The notes below the pieces were generated by a model. It was given only the letters and a program-made list of their open reading frames with translations. It had not been told where the DNA came from and made no database searches. A program made the position numbers and the translations under genes. This document shows positions 60,902 to 64,000 of a stretch of DNA of 64,000 nt, in pieces (the first letter of the stretch is position 1; every line of letters starts with the position of its first letter). Source of the DNA: a virus. The stretch is from the IMG/VR virus record IMGVR_UViG_3300032246_000381, positions 1-64,000 of that record. One strand, 5' to 3'.

Positions 60902-62075
60902 GACATTCTGTATCCTACCCTGGGTACACTTCTACTCCAATCCGGATGGCAGCGTCCTGCCCTGTTGTATTGGCGATCATAATAAGCCCTTAGGTAATGT
61001 TCGCAATAATACTGTAAAAGAAATCTGGAATAACGATCAGTATAAAACAATGCGTTTAAAGATGCTCAATGGAGAACGCTGTGATGAATGTTCTGCTTGT
61101 TATCATAGTGAAGATAACGGTATAAAAAGTTCACGTCAGGTAAAGAATTTAGATTTTCAAGAGTTTAATAAATTTGCCTATTTTACAAATCCGGACGGAT
61201 CTCTAGACGAAATGAATCTTAAGTATTTGGATATTCGGTGGAGCAATATATGTAATTTTAAATGCCGCAGTTGCAGTGGGACGTATTCGAGTAGTTGGGC
61301 CACCGAGGATAATAAAAACGGATTTAATCGAGATGTTTTTATATTCTCCGGAGGTGTTAATAATGACAGCCTGTATGAACAGTTATTGCCGCATATTGAT
61401 ACAGTTAAAGAGATTTACTTTGCTGGCGGAGAACCATTGTTAATGGACAAGCATTACGAAATGCTACAACATTTAATCGATACCGGCAACACCAATGTGC
61501 GTATTCGTTATAGTACAAATCTAAGTACGATCGAGTATAAAAGAAAATCCATAGTAGACTATTGGAAACATTTTTCACGAGTAGAAGCGTTTGTCAGTTT
61601 AGATAGTTGGGCCGACCGAGGCGAGTATATCCGTGAAGGAACCGATTGGCCACTGTTAGAAAATAATATAAGATATATTAGAGAACACGCACCGCACATT
61701 AAACTTGAAATTGCATCAGTTATTTCTGTGTTTAATGTCTATACCTTACCTGAGTTTTTAAATTATATCTACGATAATAATTTGTTTGATCGTACAATAT
61801 CACGTCCAAGTTTTTACAATTTGATAAACCCGCACTACTACAGTTACAGTATTTTAAATGACGATTTAAAAAATAGAATAATAGAAAAACTTTCAGCAGT
61901 ATCTTATAGTCCAGCAATTGATAATCAAATTAATAATGTCCTATCGCATCTTAAAAATTCAATCTATAATGAAGAACTAAAAAATGAATTTTTAAATGTG
62001 ACCGACCATTATGATGAAATTCGAAACAGACATTTTGTAAAGACATTTCCAGAGTTAGCGGAGTTATATTCTTGA
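60882..62075 (+). CDS. Radical SAM protein with N-terminal twitch-like Cys domain
   Basis: CNFKCRSC, FAGGEP, YSTN, VSLDS; N-terminal FCILPW...DGSVLPCC...CSAC; ATG 60882 preferred. Confidence 0.9.
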   Translation: MTAASSKTFCILPWVHFYSNPDGSVLPCCIGDHNKPLGNVRNNTVKEIWNNDQYKTMRLKMLNGERCDECSACYHSEDNGIKSSRQVKNLDFQEFNKFAYFTNPDGSLDEMNLKYLDIRWSNICNFKCRSCSGTYSSSWATEDNKNGFNRDVFIFSGGVNNDSLYEQLLPHIDTVKEIYFAGGEPLLMDKHYEMLQHLIDTGNTNVRIRYSTNLSTIEYKRKSIVDYWKHFSRVEAFVSLDSWADRGEYIREGTDWPLLENNIRYIREHAPHIKLEIASVISVFNVYTLPEFLNYIYDNNLFDRTISRPSFYNLINPHYYSYSILNDDLKNRIIEKLSAVSYSPAIDNQINNVLSHLKNSIYNEELKNEFLNVTDHYDEIRNRHFVKTFPELAELYS

Positions 62076-63310
62076 AAGCATACTTTGACAATTTAAAATT
62101 TTATGATTCTAATATGATTCATTTAACAGAGAATGGAGACAACAAGTTCTGGCTGGTATCTCCGGGATCTATCATCAAGAATAGATTATTAGAATACGGT
62201 ATTCCGATCGCTACAGTTGATGAAGTTACTGACCCGGGCTGTTATTTTATTGACGTAAATGGCGACCCGCAATGGTGGAACGGAGTTTTAAAAGATAAAG
62301 GTACTCCGCGAGATCATATTATATCAGTTATTCCAGATAAGATTAAAAAACTAGTTCGTAAGCGTTTATTAAGAATAGTCATTGCCGGTGATAAAGAAGG
62401 CGGAATGTTTGTGTCTCAAGATTTTGATTGTTTCCGAGCTACTACTGATGCTATCCGTAATGCAGAGTTTCCAGCAGGATCTGTTTTGATATTACAAGGT
62501 AATATGAAAGTAGAACAGCAATACACCGAATGGTTAATAAAAAACAACGAACAGAGATTGTTTGAAGTTATGTATTCTAATACATTTTTAAAAGTATTCT
62601 TTGATAAAGATGTTCCGCCTACGCCAGTGGTAACCTATTCTGTAACAAATCCTAATGCATCGGATTATAACAGCCTTAACAGAATATTCAGACCGCATAG
62701 AGGAGCACATCTTTACAAGCTAGTTAAAGACAAGATATTAGACAAGGGATTAGTGAGTGCTAATCAAATATCCAAGTTAGATCGTACAGCAGTGCATCTA
62801 GCAGATACCAACCTAGTAGACTACGGAATAGTTATGACAACAAACTTTCCTAAATTTATAGATGGTGATTGGTCACAAGATAACGCAGGCGGACAATACA
62901 ATATTGATATCTATAAAAACAGTTTAATGACAGTTATTACAGAAACTAAGTTTAATGAAGATACTATTTTTCCTACAGAAAAGATTTACAAGCCACTGGC
63001 ACTAGGACATCCGTTAATTTTATTTGCATCGGCAGGTACATTGGCCGCAATGAGAACACTTGGTTTTAGAACAGATTGGTGTGGAATAGATTCGTCATAC
63101 AATGATATTGAAGATGATATAGAACGTATGCAGGCCACACACAATATTTTATTAGATTGGGTTCGATTGCCTAGAGATGAAAAAATTAAAAGAATAATGT
63201 CATCAATGCCAACAATAGAACATAATTTTACATTATCTCGTAACAGCGATTTTCATAAAGACTCGTTACTTGAATCATTAAATAGATCCTTGAGGTACTT
63301 TAATGATTGA
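62072..63310 (+). CDS. Glycosyltransferase-like protein (GT10-like C-terminus)
   Basis: VITETKF...FPTEKIYKPLALGHPLI resembles the fucosyltransferase-type TEK motif. Confidence 0.5.
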   Translation: MKAYFDNLKFYDSNMIHLTENGDNKFWLVSPGSIIKNRLLEYGIPIATVDEVTDPGCYFIDVNGDPQWWNGVLKDKGTPRDHIISVIPDKIKKLVRKRLLRIVIAGDKEGGMFVSQDFDCFRATTDAIRNAEFPAGSVLILQGNMKVEQQYTEWLIKNNEQRLFEVMYSNTFLKVFFDKDVPPTPVVTYSVTNPNASDYNSLNRIFRPHRGAHLYKLVKDKILDKGLVSANQISKLDRTAVHLADTNLVDYGIVMTTNFPKFIDGDWSQDNAGGQYNIDIYKNSLMTVITETKFNEDTIFPTEKIYKPLALGHPLILFASAGTLAAMRTLGFRTDWCGIDSSYNDIEDDIERMQATHNILLDWVRLPRDEKIKRIMSSMPTIEHNFTLSRNSDFHKDSLLESLNRSLRYFND

Positions 63311-64000
63311 ATTTAAAAAATATAAACGATTCTTTGCGTTTGGTTGTAGTATGACTGACTATTGGTGGCCTACCTGGGCAGATATAATTGGACAAGAAGT
63401 TAATGAATATTATAACTTTGCACAAAGCGGTGCTGGTAACGAGTTTATTGCTCTACAGGTAGCAGAAGCCAACCAACGATATAATTTTAGTAAAGACGAT
63501 CTAGTTATGATTATGTGGTCTAGTACTACACGAGAAGATCGTTATGTAAAACAGCGATGGGAAACTCCCGGAAATATCTATACACAAAATTATTATACTG
63601 ATGAATTCATTAAGAAGTATAGCGACCTTCGCGGATATTTAATTAGAGACCTTGGATTGATAACTTTAACGTATCATATGTTAACTAAGTCGGAGTGTGA
63701 GTATCATATGCTTAATATGAGTCCATTTGTTGATCGTCCATCTAGATACAATCATTATAATTCTGATGACCCTACTCAAGGGCTAGATGATGTAATGAAT
63801 TTATATGAGCCGGTACTTAAACTGATTAAACCGGATCTGTTAACAGTAGGATGCAACGGTCAATGGCCGCAGATAAAAATGTATCATAATGAAAATCATA
63901 CAATAGATTATCATCCGTCCCCAGCAATGCATCTTAGATACATTCAAAATATATTCTCTCAACTGGCGTTATCTGAGGAAACACTTAAATGGGTACAGTT
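63303..64000 (+). CDS. SGNH hydrolase/acyltransferase-like protein, runs off the right edge
   Basis: Not in ORF track. ATG 63303: MIEFKKYKRFFAFGCSMT...AQSGAGN...MWSS..RED...DYHPSP (blocks I, II and V). Confidence 0.7.
   Translation, partial: MIEFKKYKRFFAFGCSMTDYWWPTWADIIGQEVNEYYNFAQSGAGNEFIALQVAEANQRYNFSKDDLVMIMWSSTTREDRYVKQRWETPGNIYTQNYYTDEFIKKYSDLRGYLIRDLGLITLTYHMLTKSECEYHMLNMSPFVDRPSRYNHYNSDDPTQGLDDVMNLYEPVLKLIKPDLLTVGCNGQWPQIKMYHNENHTIDYHPSPAMHLRYIQNIFSQLALSEETLKWVQ

Noticed and set aside
1-64000. Stop-codon reassignment as in some large phages
   Set aside because: Genes tile densely with the standard code, and TAA, TGA and TAG all serve as stops

Overview
64 kb of an AT-rich, large T4-related (jumbo-type) myovirus genome read with the standard genetic code. 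The minus-strand left arm holds head genes (scaffold, prohead protease, acidic core protein, portal), a tape measure gene, three probable internal head proteins, and a gp55-like late sigma factor followed by gp47/gp46, a 2OG-Fe(II) oxygenase, an H1-like protein and a stand-alone GIY-YIG protein. The plus strand holds a tail chaperone/hub gene, the baseplate operon (including a ~4,550-aa protein), several paralogous tail-fibre genes interrupted by a U32-family cassette, and a cluster of glycosyltransferase, radical SAM and SGNH genes. Most notable signals outside the ORF track: (1) a ~460-nt highly structured non-coding region directly after the GIY-YIG gene (candidate new ncRNA-nuclease pair); (2) a clear -1 frameshift signal (T TTT TTC plus a 10-bp stem) extending the tail chaperone; (3) apparent near-total absence of CATG; (4) a TAAATA late-promoter regulon that also covers the enzyme cluster. 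All family calls come from reading motifs by eye; no searches were run.
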